From: Halogeometricum borinquense DSM 11551
Lineage (GTDB): Archaea > Halobacteriota > Halobacteria > Halobacteriales > Haloferacaceae
Assembly (NCBI RefSeq): GCF_000172995.2
Contig: NC_014729.1
Location: forward strand, 1,890,001-1,922,000
Direction of reading: 5' to 3'
DNA: 32,000 bases
In this document: positions 1 through 9,928 of the stretch, in pieces
How the letters are laid out: each line of letters begins with the position of its first letter
How positions within the stretch are numbered: the stretch's first letter is position 1
Made by a program: the position numbers and the translations under genes
The notes under the pieces: model-generated
The model's input: the letters and a program-made list of their open reading frames with translations, nothing else
Told to the model about the DNA's origin: nothing
The model's database searches: none

Positions 1-1
1 G

Positions 2-895
2 GACGCCGTCGTGGACGTTCTCGTCGTGACGAACGACGAGAACAACTACCTCACGACCGCGCTCTCGGTCATCGATAGCGTCAAACTCACGGTGAAGAAC
101 CCGCCGACGCCGACGGACGGCAACTACGACGTGGTCGTCTACTCGAACGTGGAGGGCGAACGACTCCTCGCGGGCAACCTGCAGGCGGGACGTGACGCAA
201 TCAAGAACGGCGGCGGCGTCGTGATTCAGGCGCAGTCACCCATGCCGAAGCGGTACGACGATCTGCTTTTGCTCTCCCCCAACGGAACGGGGACGAACCC
301 GACGCTCACCTCGCCCGCAAAGACGGAACTGATGCGGAACATCAACTTCCCACCGCCGGAGCTGTACCTCCAAGGCGAACTCCGCGAGGGGAAGGCGCTC
401 TTGAAAACGGCAGATGGTACGCCGATGATCGCAACCGCCCAGCGCGGTTCCGGCCAGATACTCTACTACGGCTACATCGAGTCGGACTCGTCGTTCAAGT
501 ACAACTACCAGTATCCGGTGTTCTGGAAGCGCGCTGTCTACGACCTCGCCGGACGGCCGCCGCTCTCGGCGTTGAACGAGCAGACCGGCACGCGCCTGTC
601 GTTCGAGAACGAGACGAGCATTACGACGCCCGAGGGTGCGGTCACCGCGTCGTCTGTCCGTCTCGACGATTCCGGGTTCTACGAAGTTGACGGCACGCGA
701 TACAGCGCGTCGCTGTTGAGTGAATCCGAGTCCGCCGTCGTCGCGTCCGACATCGGCGCCACAGATAACGAGAGCGTGGCGTCGCGCGAGGAAGAGAAAA
801 CCGCTCCGGACCCGCTGACCGAATGGGTCGCACTCGCCGCTATCGGTGGCGTCGTCCTCGAAGTCGCCTACCTCCGCCGACGAGGTGATCTCTAA
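2..895 (+). CDS. C-terminal part of a membrane-anchored protein in the MoxR/VWA operon (5' end lies outside the window)
   Basis: The frame is open from base 2 with no upstream stop. The product is acidic and ends in a hydrophobic anchor (EWVALAAIGGVVLEVAYLRRRG). Its stop overlaps the next start (TAATG at 893-897). Confidence 0.75.
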   Translation, partial: DAVVDVLVVTNDENNYLTTALSVIDSVKLTVKNPPTPTDGNYDVVVYSNVEGERLLAGNLQAGRDAIKNGGGVVIQAQSPMPKRYDDLLLLSPNGTGTNPTLTSPAKTELMRNINFPPPELYLQGELREGKALLKTADGTPMIATAQRGSGQILYYGYIESDSSFKYNYQYPVFWKRAVYDLAGRPPLSALNEQTGTRLSFENETSITTPEGAVTASSVRLDDSGFYEVDGTRYSASLLSESESAVVASDIGATDNESVASREEEKTAPDPLTEWVALAAIGGVVLEVAYLRRRGDL

Positions 896-3252
896 TGGTC
901 GGCTTCGAGCTCCCAACGGGCATGACTGTCGGCGTAGAGCGGCCGCTGTTCCTCCTCGCTTTGCCCATCGGGGTCATCCTCCTGTGGGCGTTCGTGTGGT
1001 ACAGAGCGGACGGAACGGCGTCAAATCGGAGTCGGCAGTGGTTCTTCGTCGTGCGCATCCTCACCGTCGTCCTCCTCGTCGTTTCCGCCGCCGGACCGTA
1101 CACGGCCCAGTCAACCGAGACCTTGGGGGAACCGAAGGTGACACTCCTCGTAGATCGCTCTGATAGTACGACTGTCGCGCCCCAACGCGCCGACAAAGTT
1201 GCGTCGGCTATCGAGAAAGCGGGTGTTCCGGTGGCGACGACGACGATTGCCAGCGGCGGCTCCTCGCCTATCGGCGACGGTGTGGCCGCGAACCTCCGCG
1301 AGAACGGGAGCGTCCTCCTCCTTTCGGATGGCAGGGTGACAGAGGGACGGTCGCTTTCCGAGGTAACGGAACTCGCTCGGTCGCTGAACACCACCGTCTC
1401 CACCGTTTCGCCCGAACCCAACACGAAAGAACGGTATGTGTCGGTTAACGGTCCCTCGAAGACGAGCGTCGGCGTCGAAAGCACGTTCCTCGTCAGCGTC
1501 GGCGGCGTCGAAATAAACACGCCGGCCAAAGTGACCGTCGCGGTAGACGGCGAGCAAGTGTTGGAGACGACGATTCAGAACGCCACCGACGCCCGCGAGT
1601 TCACGCACACGTTCTCGGAGACGGGGACGCATCGAATCACCGCGGAGATGGAATCGACCGACAAGTTCGAACAAAACGACGTGTTCCGCAAGACGGTCCG
1701 CGCCGTAGACCGGCCGAAGATTCTGTACGTCTCCGAGCGGGGCTACCCGTTCGAGAGTTACCTCCGCAACGTGTACAACGTCGAAAAGCGGTCGTCAGTT
1801 CCCGAAGACCTCTCGCCGTACTACGCCGTCGTCGTGCAGGATATGCCCGCGAGCCGTATCGGCAACGTGGACGCTCTCCAAGAGTACGTCATCGATGGCA
1901 ACGGACTGCTTGTCGTCGGCGGACCGAACTCGTTCGAGAACGGTAACTACGAGAGTTCCTCGCTGGCGTCGATGCTCCCGGTGACCACCGGCGACGGGAG
2001 AGGCCAATCAACGAACATCGTCCTCTCAATCGACGTTTCGGGGAGTTCCAAAGGCGGTATGCGCGTACAGAAAGCCGTCTCGCTCTCCGCGCTGAAACAA
2101 CTCGGCGACGAAAACGAAGTCGGCATCGTCGGCTTCAATCATCGCACCTACAGCGTCGCAGAGCGACAGCCGCTTGGCCCCAACCGCGAGGCGCTGGCTG
2201 ACCGAATTCGTCGTCTACAGGCGGGCGGCGCAACGGACATCGCAGGCGGTCTCCGCGGTGCGGGGAAAATGCTCGGCGACGATCCGGGCACGGTCATCCT
2301 CATCAGCGACGGACACGACCGGGTCGAAGAGTCCATCAGTTACGCCAAACAGCTCCGCTCGGAAGGCAAGCGTATCATCGCAATCGGTGCGGGGAAGAAC
2401 CCCAACGAGAAGAACCTCCGCACTATCGCCCGCGCGTCCGGCGGGAGTTACTTCCGCGCGACCGAGACGAACCGCCTCAATATCCTGTTCGGCGGGGCGC
2501 AGTCGTACGAGGGCGAAGGCCTGACCATGGTTGATCCGAACACGTTCATCACGTCCGGTGTGAGGCTGACGGCGAATCCGGGTTCGACCAATGACGTGTC
2601 CATCCGACGTGGCGCGGACTTCCTCGTGGCGAGCGAGGACGGCACGCCCGCTGTCGCCACGTGGCGCTACGGTCTCGGTCGCGTCGCCACCATCACGACG
2701 TACGGCGCGGACGGGAGCCTCGACGGCCTCCTCGGCAAGCCCGATTCGCTGCTCTTGACGAAATCGACGAATTACGTCATCGGCGATCCGGAACGGAAAG
2801 CGACCGGCATCACCGGCATCTCAGATACTCGCGTCGGGTCTTCGACGACAGTGACGTACCGCGGTGACGAGCGCCCGTTTGTCGAGGGCGTAAGCTTCCG
2901 GCAAGTCGGTGACGGGGCGTACCGGGCATCAGTAACGCCCGACGAGGCTGGCTTCCACGAGGTGATGGACGCCGCGTACGCCGCAAACTACCGAGCCGAG
3001 TACGGCGCGTTCGGTCCGGATCCCGCTCTGGACGACTTAGTGGATGGAACCGGCGGTAAGGAGTTCACCGCGGATCAGGGCGAGGAAATAGCCGAGTTCA
3101 CCCGCGAACAGTCCCGACGGGTTCGGTCCGTCAAAACTGACTGGACGTGGCTAGCGCTAGTACTCGCGCTCGTATCATTCAGTCTCGATGTCATCTATCG
3201 GCGGGTTCAAGTCCGTCGGAGCAGTACCGCTGGTGAAGGAGGCTTGACATGA
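895..3252 (+). CDS. von Willebrand factor type A (VWA) domain protein with BatA-like N-terminal TM region and C-terminal TM anchor
   Basis: MIDAS-type motif DVSGSS, followed by GGATDIAGGL and VILISDGHD. N-terminal hydrophobic helices (PLFLLALPIGVILLWAFVWY) and a C-terminal TM (WTWLALVLALVSFSLDVIY). Coupled to neighbours on both sides. Confidence 0.9.
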   Translation: MVGFELPTGMTVGVERPLFLLALPIGVILLWAFVWYRADGTASNRSRQWFFVVRILTVVLLVVSAAGPYTAQSTETLGEPKVTLLVDRSDSTTVAPQRADKVASAIEKAGVPVATTTIASGGSSPIGDGVAANLRENGSVLLLSDGRVTEGRSLSEVTELARSLNTTVSTVSPEPNTKERYVSVNGPSKTSVGVESTFLVSVGGVEINTPAKVTVAVDGEQVLETTIQNATDAREFTHTFSETGTHRITAEMESTDKFEQNDVFRKTVRAVDRPKILYVSERGYPFESYLRNVYNVEKRSSVPEDLSPYYAVVVQDMPASRIGNVDALQEYVIDGNGLLVVGGPNSFENGNYESSSLASMLPVTTGDGRGQSTNIVLSIDVSGSSKGGMRVQKAVSLSALKQLGDENEVGIVGFNHRTYSVAERQPLGPNREALADRIRRLQAGGATDIAGGLRGAGKMLGDDPGTVILISDGHDRVEESISYAKQLRSEGKRIIAIGAGKNPNEKNLRTIARASGGSYFRATETNRLNILFGGAQSYEGEGLTMVDPNTFITSGVRLTANPGSTNDVSIRRGADFLVASEDGTPAVATWRYGLGRVATITTYGADGSLDGLLGKPDSLLLTKSTNYVIGDPERKATGITGISDTRVGSSTTVTYRGDERPFVEGVSFRQVGDGAYRASVTPDEAGFHEVMDAAYAANYRAEYGAFGPDPALDDLVDGTGGKEFTADQGEEIAEFTREQSRRVRSVKTDWTWLALVLALVSFSLDVIYRRVQVRRSSTAGEGGLT

Positions 3253-3830
3253 GTTTCATCGGCCGCCCAATCAACCTCGCCCTCGTCGCTGTCGTCGCCC
3301 TTCTCCTCACCGGGACAGTGGGTGCGACAATGATGTATCAGTCATCGGCGAGTGATCTGGAAACCCAGAACGATCAGTTGCGCGAACGGAACAAAAACCT
3401 TCGCGCGGAGCTAGAGTCCGCGCGAACCGAGCTAAAGGTCCTCCGCGAACGCGTCAACGACCTCAATCAGAGCCTCCAGCAGACGCAAGGAGACGTTGGA
3501 CACGTCGCTGCGGAGTTAGAATCGACAGAGAAGTTGCTGAACCACACGCAGGCGGAACTGGAACGCACCGAGACGTCACTCGAAGAAAAGCGCGAACAGT
3601 TAGAGTCCGTCCGCGACAACCTCGATGAGGCCCGGAGCAAAATCGAGGAACTCGAAAAGAAGAACAAGACGTTAGAGGAGCAAGTCGCGGAGCTGAAAAC
3701 GGAGAACAAAGAGCTCTCGGAGGAAGTTGATGACTTACGGGACGATCGCGACGACCTACAGCGTGACCTCCGAGAGGTCTGCGACGACTGGAGCGAGGAG
3801 GCGAACAGCCCCCCGCCTCCGGAGTGTTAG
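3249..3830 (+). CDS. N-terminally membrane-anchored coiled-coil protein
   Basis: ATGA overlap with the VWA gene. N-terminal TM (INLALVAVVALLLTGTVGA) is followed by about 150 aa of heptad-like E/L/K/R-rich sequence. The protein ends in PPPPEC. Confidence 0.8.
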   Translation: MSFIGRPINLALVAVVALLLTGTVGATMMYQSSASDLETQNDQLRERNKNLRAELESARTELKVLRERVNDLNQSLQQTQGDVGHVAAELESTEKLLNHTQAELERTETSLEEKREQLESVRDNLDEARSKIEELEKKNKTLEEQVAELKTENKELSEEVDDLRDDRDDLQRDLREVCDDWSEEANSPPPPEC

Positions 3831-3832
3831 TG

Positions 3833-4933
3833 ATGACAGAGGCAAACGACGAACGCGAGTTCGACGCTGACTCGGGATTTGACTGGACTGTCGAGTCCAA
3901 AGACGGCGCTGGCGATGCCGCGACAGCGGTCTCCAACGGCGACAGCGACGAGACGGACGGCTCCGACGACAGCAACGAAGTGACTCCCGACGAGGCGGAG
4001 ACGGCTGCTGGGGAGGCTAACGAGGCGACAGCTAACGAGACGGCGGCCGACAGAGACACATCGACCGCCCAGATGCGTGCGGCAATCTCGGAAGTCCGCC
4101 GTGAGGGGCGCAAAATAGCGTTCCTCTACGCGCTCCTCGACGCCGGATTGGTCGCACTCGCTGTGAATATCGGTCTCCGTCTGTTTCGCCCGGATGCACT
4201 CGGCGGAGCGCTTTCGCTCCCCGGCGCAGTCGCCGGTGCTGGTGGTGTTGTCCCAGCAACAATTTACGGTTCGACTATCGCGGGCCTCGGTATCGGTATC
4301 CTCACCTTCGTCGCCGAGTTCTCCTTTCGGACGCGACGCCCGCTTGTCGAACAGTTCGAGACGGCCAACCCCGCTGTTAGAGAAGAACTCAGAACCGCAC
4401 GGGACAGCATCGAAGATGGCACGGACACCGAGATGGCTCGTCACCTCTACGAGGACGTTCTCGGCGACCTGCGCGAGACATCGAGTCTCGAACTCGTCGG
4501 GACGCGCCGCGTCGTCGTCACCTCGCTTCTCGTCGTCGTCGTGAGTCTCGCCAGCATTCACGTCGCGGTCGTCGGTTTAGACCTCTCTCAGACGTTCGAC
4601 GACGGCGATCAGGCCGGCTCACTGCAACCGAATCCGGATGAACCGGATCGAGAAGACGAAGATTTAGAGGACGGCGAACAGATTCTCGGTGACGCCGAAA
4701 ACATCTCTGCGGGCGATGAGAGCATCAACGCCTCCGTCCAAGGAACCGGAAGCGGCGAGGGGACGAGCGGTTCGACCGCACCGCCGTCCTCCTACGACGA
4801 CAGCGGATTTGCTGATGCAGCCGTCGAGAGCCAACAGGCGGGATACGCCGAATCGGAGAACGTCGAAGACGCGGAGCTCATCCGCGAGTACAACCTGAAA
4901 ATACGCGACGAAGACGACGAAGACGATACCTGA
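3833..4933 (+). CDS. acidic multi-pass membrane protein, unknown function
   Basis: ATG at 3833 (alternative GTG at 3824). D/E-rich N- and C-terminal tails flank at least three hydrophobic segments (IAFLYALLDAGLVALAVNIGL, STIAGLGIGILTFVAEF, VVVTSLLVVVVSLASIHVAVVGL). Confidence 0.75.
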   Translation: MTEANDEREFDADSGFDWTVESKDGAGDAATAVSNGDSDETDGSDDSNEVTPDEAETAAGEANEATANETAADRDTSTAQMRAAISEVRREGRKIAFLYALLDAGLVALAVNIGLRLFRPDALGGALSLPGAVAGAGGVVPATIYGSTIAGLGIGILTFVAEFSFRTRRPLVEQFETANPAVREELRTARDSIEDGTDTEMARHLYEDVLGDLRETSSLELVGTRRVVVTSLLVVVVSLASIHVAVVGLDLSQTFDDGDQAGSLQPNPDEPDREDEDLEDGEQILGDAENISAGDESINASVQGTGSGEGTSGSTAPPSSYDDSGFADAAVESQQAGYAESENVEDAELIREYNLKIRDEDDEDDT

Positions 4934-4940
4934 GACGACA

Positions 4941-5885
4941 ATGCCTGGAGACGACATCGACCGAGTGCAGAAGAAACTGTCCCGCGTCCGCGGTGAGATA
5001 GCAAAGCGAATCGTCGGCCAGTCCGACGTAATCGAGCGTCTGCTCGTCTGCATTCTCTGCGACGGCAACGCGCTCTTGGAGTCGAATCCCGGTCTCGGGA
5101 AGACGACGCTCGTCCGGACGGTGGCCGAAGTGACCGACCTCTCCTTTTCACGGATCCAGAACACGCCCGACCTCATGCCGTCGGACATCACGGGGACCGA
5201 AATCATCCGCGAGATCGACGATGGTCGGGAGTTCGTCTTCGAGAAGGGGCCGGTGTTCGCAAATCTCGTCCTCGCCGACGAGATCAACCGCGCGACGCCG
5301 AAGACGCAGGCCGCCCTCCTCGAAGCGATGCAAGAACAACAGGTGACGGCGGCGGGCGAGACGTACGAACTCCCCCGTCCGTTCTTCATCCTCGCCACGC
5401 AGAACCCCATCGACCAAGGCGGCACGTACCCACTCCCCGAGGCGCAAACCGACCGCTTCCTGATGAAAATCCTCGTCGATTACCCCGAAGAAGACGAGGA
5501 GTTCGAGATTGTGAATCGGTACACCGGCGGCGGGACGGCACCCGAAGTCGAACGCGTCTTGAGTCGCGTGGAACTGCAACGCGCACAGCAGTTCGTCCAG
5601 CAGATGCCGATTGCGGACGATATCCGCGACCGGACGGTGCGACTGGTTCGTTCGACGCGCGAGGCGGAGAACGTCGAGTTCGGGGCGAGTCCCCGTGCGA
5701 GCATGGGTCTCGTCCTCGCGGCGAAGGCGCGCGCGTTCCTCGCAGGGCGGTCGCACGTCAGTTGGGAGGACGTCGAAGAGATGGCACTGCCCATCCTCCG
5801 CCACCGCATCCTCTTGGACTTCCGCGCCGAACGCGAGGGGATCACGCCGGAGGATGCGGTCCGACAACTCCTTGATGAGGCGTAA
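4941..5885 (+). CDS. MoxR-family AAA+ ATPase
   Basis: Walker A NPGLGKTT, Walker B/sensor VLADEINRATPKTQAALLEAMQE, and ILATQNP. The size of 314 aa is typical of MoxR. Confidence 0.95.
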   Translation: MPGDDIDRVQKKLSRVRGEIAKRIVGQSDVIERLLVCILCDGNALLESNPGLGKTTLVRTVAEVTDLSFSRIQNTPDLMPSDITGTEIIREIDDGREFVFEKGPVFANLVLADEINRATPKTQAALLEAMQEQQVTAAGETYELPRPFFILATQNPIDQGGTYPLPEAQTDRFLMKILVDYPEEDEEFEIVNRYTGGGTAPEVERVLSRVELQRAQQFVQQMPIADDIRDRTVRLVRSTREAENVEFGASPRASMGLVLAAKARAFLAGRSHVSWEDVEEMALPILRHRILLDFRAEREGITPEDAVRQLLDEA

Positions 5886-5887
5886 CC

Positions 5888-6748
5888 GTGACCATCGAAC
5901 CGGACTTCTTCGCCGAACTCGAACGGTTCGAAGCCTCGCTGCAGCGCATCTCCGAAGACGTTCAGCAGGGCGAACAGGAGTCCCGAAGCGTCGGTGAAGG
6001 ACTAACGTTCAGCGACTACCGTCGGTACGCGCCCGGCGACGACACGCGACTCATCGACTGGCGGGTGTACGCGCGAACCGAGGAGTACTACGTCAAACAG
6101 TTCGAGGAAGAACGAAATCTCACTGTCCACGTCCTCGTGGATACCTCGGCGTCGATGGACTACGGCGACGGCGACGCACACAAGTTCGAGTTCGGCGCGA
6201 AAATCGGTCTTGGATTCGCCTACCTCACCGCCGAGGAGAACAACGACTTCCGCTTTTCGACGTTCCGCAACCGACCGAAGCGTCTCGACACCGGACGGTC
6301 GAATCGGGGAGACCTCCTTCGGGTCGTTGACCTGTTGAACGAGACGGAGTTGTCGGACAAGGCTGATCTCGTGTCCGCGCTCGAAGAATACGCGAGTACC
6401 ATCCACTCTCGCTCACTGGTAGTCGTCGTCAGCGACTTTCTCACCGACCCCGACGAAGTGGAGTCGGCCGTCGCCGCCCTCGAAGAGAACGACGTGATAC
6501 TCGTACAGACGCTCGCGCCGGACGAGCTCGACCCTGACGTGACGGGCGACACCATCTTCGAGGACCCCGAGTCCGGCGATTCCTTGCGGTCGTACTTCGG
6601 TGGCTCCATGGCCAACAAGTACCACGACAGACTCCAGTCGCACGTCGAAGCCATCTCCGAACGGGCGACGACGCACCGTGCGGACCACATTCTCGTGAAC
6701 ACGGGGGCTGCGTTCTTCGACGCCTTCGCAGACGTGTGGGTCGAATAA
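5888..6748 (+). CDS. DUF58 domain protein (MoxR partner)
   Basis: GTG start 2 nt after the MoxR stop. Characteristic DYRRYAPGDDTRLIDWRVYARTEEYYVKQFEEE motif followed by a VWA-like beta strand (VHVLVDTSASM). Confidence 0.9.
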   Translation: MTIEPDFFAELERFEASLQRISEDVQQGEQESRSVGEGLTFSDYRRYAPGDDTRLIDWRVYARTEEYYVKQFEEERNLTVHVLVDTSASMDYGDGDAHKFEFGAKIGLGFAYLTAEENNDFRFSTFRNRPKRLDTGRSNRGDLLRVVDLLNETELSDKADLVSALEEYASTIHSRSLVVVVSDFLTDPDEVESAVAALEENDVILVQTLAPDELDPDVTGDTIFEDPESGDSLRSYFGGSMANKYHDRLQSHVEAISERATTHRADHILVNTGAAFFDAFADVWVE

Positions 6749-6866
6749 CGATTCTCCGACCGAGAAGTCGGAGCCTCTTCTCGTCAGCAACTCCTCAGAA
6801 TCTCCGACAACGGTGCTACTGTGACGAAAAACGGGAGAACGGACGCGTATAGTTCTTCGTGACCGA

Positions 6867-7064
6867 CTAGCCGGACCACTCGCCGCGCATGTCGTTGGCG
6901 ACGGACGTGCGCCACGTCTCGAACCCGCGTTCACAGACGGGACTGTCGTCTAAGTGCTCGATGAAGCCTGCACCGGGAGTGTCCAACTCCGTCATGCAGA
7001 ACGGGCACAGGTCTGGGTCATCCCACGAGTACGCGATTTCGGACGGTGGTTGGGATTGGGACAT
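6867..7064 (-). CDS. small Cys/His-containing (zinc-finger-like) protein
   Basis: The internal ATG at 7064 gives a 65-aa acidic product containing CPFC ... H ... C. The longer track ORF adds an implausible AT-rich N-terminus. Confidence 0.6.
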   Translation of the reverse strand: MSQSQPPSEIAYSWDDPDLCPFCMTELDTPGAGFIEHLDDSPVCERGFETWRTSVANDMRGEWSG

Positions 7065-7226
7065 ACACACCCAATACACACATAGAGTTATAAAATCACG
7101 TGCTGGGTGCAGATTTTGATTCTGAACTTTTACAATAATCCAGCCTAATATCAATATTTGTCCAGTTCGTGTCTGGTCGTCGCAGGTCGAAACGGTAAAC
7201 TCCGACCGACTGATATCACGGTGGCA

Positions 7227-7652
7227 ATGAGTTATCTACCGTGGGCCGTCCTCGCGTTGGCCGCATATGCGTTTGTCTCGCCGCTGATGAAAGTGGCAAC
7301 ACAGGGGGAACCGAGCATCCCAAGTAACGTTGCAGCATTGATGGCGAACTCTCTCCTCGTTTTCGGCACGGCGAGTATCGTCGTGTATAACGATTCCGAC
7401 GTGATCGGCTACCTGACGCACTCGAAATCGAAGTACGTCTTTGCGGCGGGTCTCTGTCTCACCGTTGGTATCCTTGCGTACTACCGCGCGCTCTCGATAG
7501 GGCAGGTGAGCATCGTCTCTCCGATCTTCGGCATGTTTCTGGTGCTCAGTTCGGTTATCGGAATCGTCTTCCTGAACGAATCGCTCACCGCGCGGAAGGC
7601 GCTGGGTATCGGACTCGCCATCATCGCCGTCTACCTCGTCGCGGTCGAGTAA
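7227..7652 (+). CDS. small EamA/DMT-superfamily membrane protein
   Basis: ATG at 7227. About 4-5 hydrophobic helices, with an EamA-like C-terminal pattern (SIVSPIFGMFLVLSSVIGIVFLNESLT). Confidence 0.7.
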   Translation: MSYLPWAVLALAAYAFVSPLMKVATQGEPSIPSNVAALMANSLLVFGTASIVVYNDSDVIGYLTHSKSKYVFAAGLCLTVGILAYYRALSIGQVSIVSPIFGMFLVLSSVIGIVFLNESLTARKALGIGLAIIAVYLVAVE

Positions 7653-7687
7653 CGATTTTTGCCCGTCGCGGCCATAGTTCGGACGAG

Positions 7688-8248
7688 ATGGTACTGAAGG
7701 AATCCGACTCGAACCTGTCGCACGGCGACGTGGCCCCCGACTTCTCGCTCCCGGGGACCGACGGGGAGACGTACACGCTCGACTCGTTCGCAGACTACGA
7801 TGCGCTTCTCGTCGTCTTCACCTGCAACCACTGTCCGTACGCGCAGGCGAAGTTCGACGAACTAAACTACCTCGCGCGGACGTACGACGAACTCGCCGTC
7901 GTCGGTATCAATCCGAACGACGCCGAGGAGTACCCCGACGACTCCTTCGACCGAATGCAGGAGTTAGTCGAGGATGGAACGATTCAGTACACCGCCTACC
8001 TCCGCGATGAATCGCAGGATGTCGCGCGCGAGTACGGCGCGGTGTGTACGCCCGACCCGTTCCTGTTCGAGAAGGAAGGTGACGAGTTCGTCCTCAGATT
8101 CCAGTCGCGTATCGACGACGCGATGAGTCCCGACGACGAAGTGACCGATTACGAGATGCGGACGTCCGTCGAAGCGGTCATCGGAGGCGACGAAATCCCG
8201 CTAGATGAGATACCATCGCAGGGATGCTCGATCAAGTGGCGCGACTAG
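7688..8248 (+). CDS. thioredoxin-fold (AhpC/TSA-like) protein
   Basis: FSLPGTDGETYTLDSF ... LLVVFTCNHCPYA, a redoxin-like CxxC context. Its stop shares a CTAG with the convergent gene. Confidence 0.8.
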   Translation: MVLKESDSNLSHGDVAPDFSLPGTDGETYTLDSFADYDALLVVFTCNHCPYAQAKFDELNYLARTYDELAVVGINPNDAEEYPDDSFDRMQELVEDGTIQYTAYLRDESQDVAREYGAVCTPDPFLFEKEGDEFVLRFQSRIDDAMSPDDEVTDYEMRTSVEAVIGGDEIPLDEIPSQGCSIKWRD

Positions 8249-8694
8249 TCGTCTTCGGCGTCTAACTCCGAGGCCTGCAATAACGCTTCTCGTGCGTTCT
8301 CGACGGCCGCGTCCTTCTTCGCGGGGTACGCCTCGACTTTCGCGCGGAACGTGATACCGTCACCGAGGCGTGTCTCGTCGCGGAATGCGGCCTGTTTGTC
8401 GAGTCGCATGAACAGTTCGCAGTTTTCAGTCACGCGCTCGTCGAGTTCGTCCAACAGACCCTCGAAGTCCTGGATGTCCGAGAGTTTCGAGAGGACGTGG
8501 CGAACCTCGTTGGCGCGCTCGACGCGGGCGGAGAAGACGATAATTCGGTCGCCGTGGTGACCGGTATTCTCGATGCGTTCGATTTCGAACTCCTCGGGCA
8601 GGAGGCTTCGAATCGCCGCCTCGACGCGTTTCTCGTCTTCAGTCTCGTAGCAGAACGTCCGCAGGTCGATGTAATGGAACGGGACGCGAGGCAT
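8245..8694 (-). CDS. RNA-binding protein of the archaeal DUF54/COG1931 type (recognised from memory of haloarchaeal homologues)
   Basis: 149-aa acidic ORF with host-like codon usage. The N-terminus MPRVPFHYIDLRTFCYETEDEKRV resembles this conserved archaeal family. Confidence 0.65.
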   Translation of the reverse strand: MPRVPFHYIDLRTFCYETEDEKRVEAAIRSLLPEEFEIERIENTGHHGDRIIVFSARVERANEVRHVLSKLSDIQDFEGLLDELDERVTENCELFMRLDKQAAFRDETRLGDGITFRAKVEAYPAKKDAAVENAREALLQASELDAEDD

Positions 8695-8735
8695 GTTCTG
8701 TACCGCGTTTGCACCCGAACGGAAAAAAGACCGTC

Positions 8736-8945
8736 CTATTCGTCGTCCGCTTCGTCGGCCTCGTCGCCCTCGGCGGCGTCGAGTTGGTCGGGCGAGATGC
8801 CCACTTCTTGGCCTTCGTCGAAGCTGACGACGTACGTCTCGTCGCCGAACATCGTCTCTACGACCTGCGTGATTTTGCCGACCTGTCCGTCGAATTCGCT
8901 GTGCTTGTCGTTCAGGACGACGGCGTCGCCTTCGTCAAATTCCAT
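8736..8945 (-). CDS. small acidic conserved hypothetical protein
   Basis: ATG at 8945 gives a 69-aa product (MEFDEGDAVVLNDKHSEFDGQVGKITQVVE...) with an acidic tail. The longer track ORF prefix is Arg-rich and implausible. Confidence 0.6.
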   Translation of the reverse strand: MEFDEGDAVVLNDKHSEFDGQVGKITQVVETMFGDETYVVSFDEGQEVGISPDQLDAAEGDEADEADDE

Positions 8946-9136
8946 ACCTCGGATGGGGACCGCGGAGGTGAAAAGTAGACTGGTTCTGCCCGGCGTGCAA
9001 CGCTCACACCGTCCACGCCGAACGCGACTTTCCACGCCGCACGTGGGTGTGTCGAAGCCATCTTTAGCCACGCCACCGAAAGGGTCGGCATGACCCTCAC
9101 GGATACGCGAACGAAGCGACCGCCCGACCCCGAGCA

Positions 9137-9700
9137 ATGGTCGTAGACGACCTGTGGTTTCTCGCGGACGAAGCGAGTCAACGCGCCGAGCAGGCGTACC
9201 ATCGCCTCTGCGAACAGTACTCGAACTACCTCGACGAACACCGCACACGCCGTGTCTCCCGCCGCCGATTCCGGACGCTTGCGAGTCGCGTGAAACAGAC
9301 CGGTGCGCCGTGGGGAGCCCACACCATCGTCTACCGCGACACCGACGAACTCCTCCTCGTCCGCCACGACGGCGTTGATCTGTGGGTGCTCCCCGGCGGC
9401 GAGGTGCGCGAAGACGAGACGTACCGCGAGGCGGCCATCCGAGAACTCGGCGAGGAAGCTGGCGTTTCAGCCGATTACCGCGGTCTCGCTATCGCCAATC
9501 GAATCGACATCTGCTGTGACGACTACGAAACGTGGGGGGTTATGCCGGTGTTCTTTGCGGCCGCCGAAGACGTGGACCTACACGTTGACGACCCGGACGA
9601 CGAAATCTCCGACGCCGGGTGGTTCTCCTTTTCTGATCTGCCGGCAGACACGCGGGACCGCGGTGACCTCCTCGCGTGGCGCGACCACGCCTCGTTGTAG
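9137..9700 (+). CDS. NUDIX hydrolase
   Basis: Nudix box GGEVREDETYREAAIRELGEEAGV. Confidence 0.9.
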   Translation: MVVDDLWFLADEASQRAEQAYHRLCEQYSNYLDEHRTRRVSRRRFRTLASRVKQTGAPWGAHTIVYRDTDELLLVRHDGVDLWVLPGGEVREDETYREAAIRELGEEAGVSADYRGLAIANRIDICCDDYETWGVMPVFFAAAEDVDLHVDDPDDEISDAGWFSFSDLPADTRDRGDLLAWRDHASL

Positions 9701-9736
9701 ACAGCTATAACTGCGTTGCGCCGTCGTCTGCGAACG

Positions 9737-9928
9737 ATGCCACTCGTGAGTGTTCCCTGTCCCGCCTGCGGTGCGTCGGTGTATCTGTCGCTCCCCGACG
9801 GAAACCGGTTCGTCACCGCCGAACCCGGTGAAGGCGACGACGACAGAGACGATTTGACCGAGAAGCGGCTAACGTGCGAGGACTGCGGGACCGAATTTCC
9901 GGCACTCCACGGCCCCGAACGCGACTGA
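9737..9928 (+). CDS. small CPxCG-type zinc-ribbon protein
   Basis: ATG at 9737 with a TATA-like CTATAA about 30 nt upstream. Two CxxC pairs (CPACG ... CEDCG) and an acidic linker. Confidence 0.7.
   Translation: MPLVSVPCPACGASVYLSLPDGNRFVTAEPGEGDDDRDDLTEKRLTCEDCGTEFPALHGPERD

Noticed and set aside
236-916. Many long overlapping ORFs opposite or out of frame to the called genes throughout the GC-rich part, e.g. 236-916 (-), 840-1529 (-), 3463-4113 (-), 4664-5425 (-), 5148-5867 (-), 14742-15479 (-), 16272-16979 (-), 22403-23176 (+) and 31058-31714 (-).
   Set aside because: Their products are rich in Arg, Ser and Pro and are basic, unlike the acidic haloarchaeal proteome. Stop-poor alternative frames are expected at about 60% or more G+C. 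Each overlaps a gene with clear family motifs.
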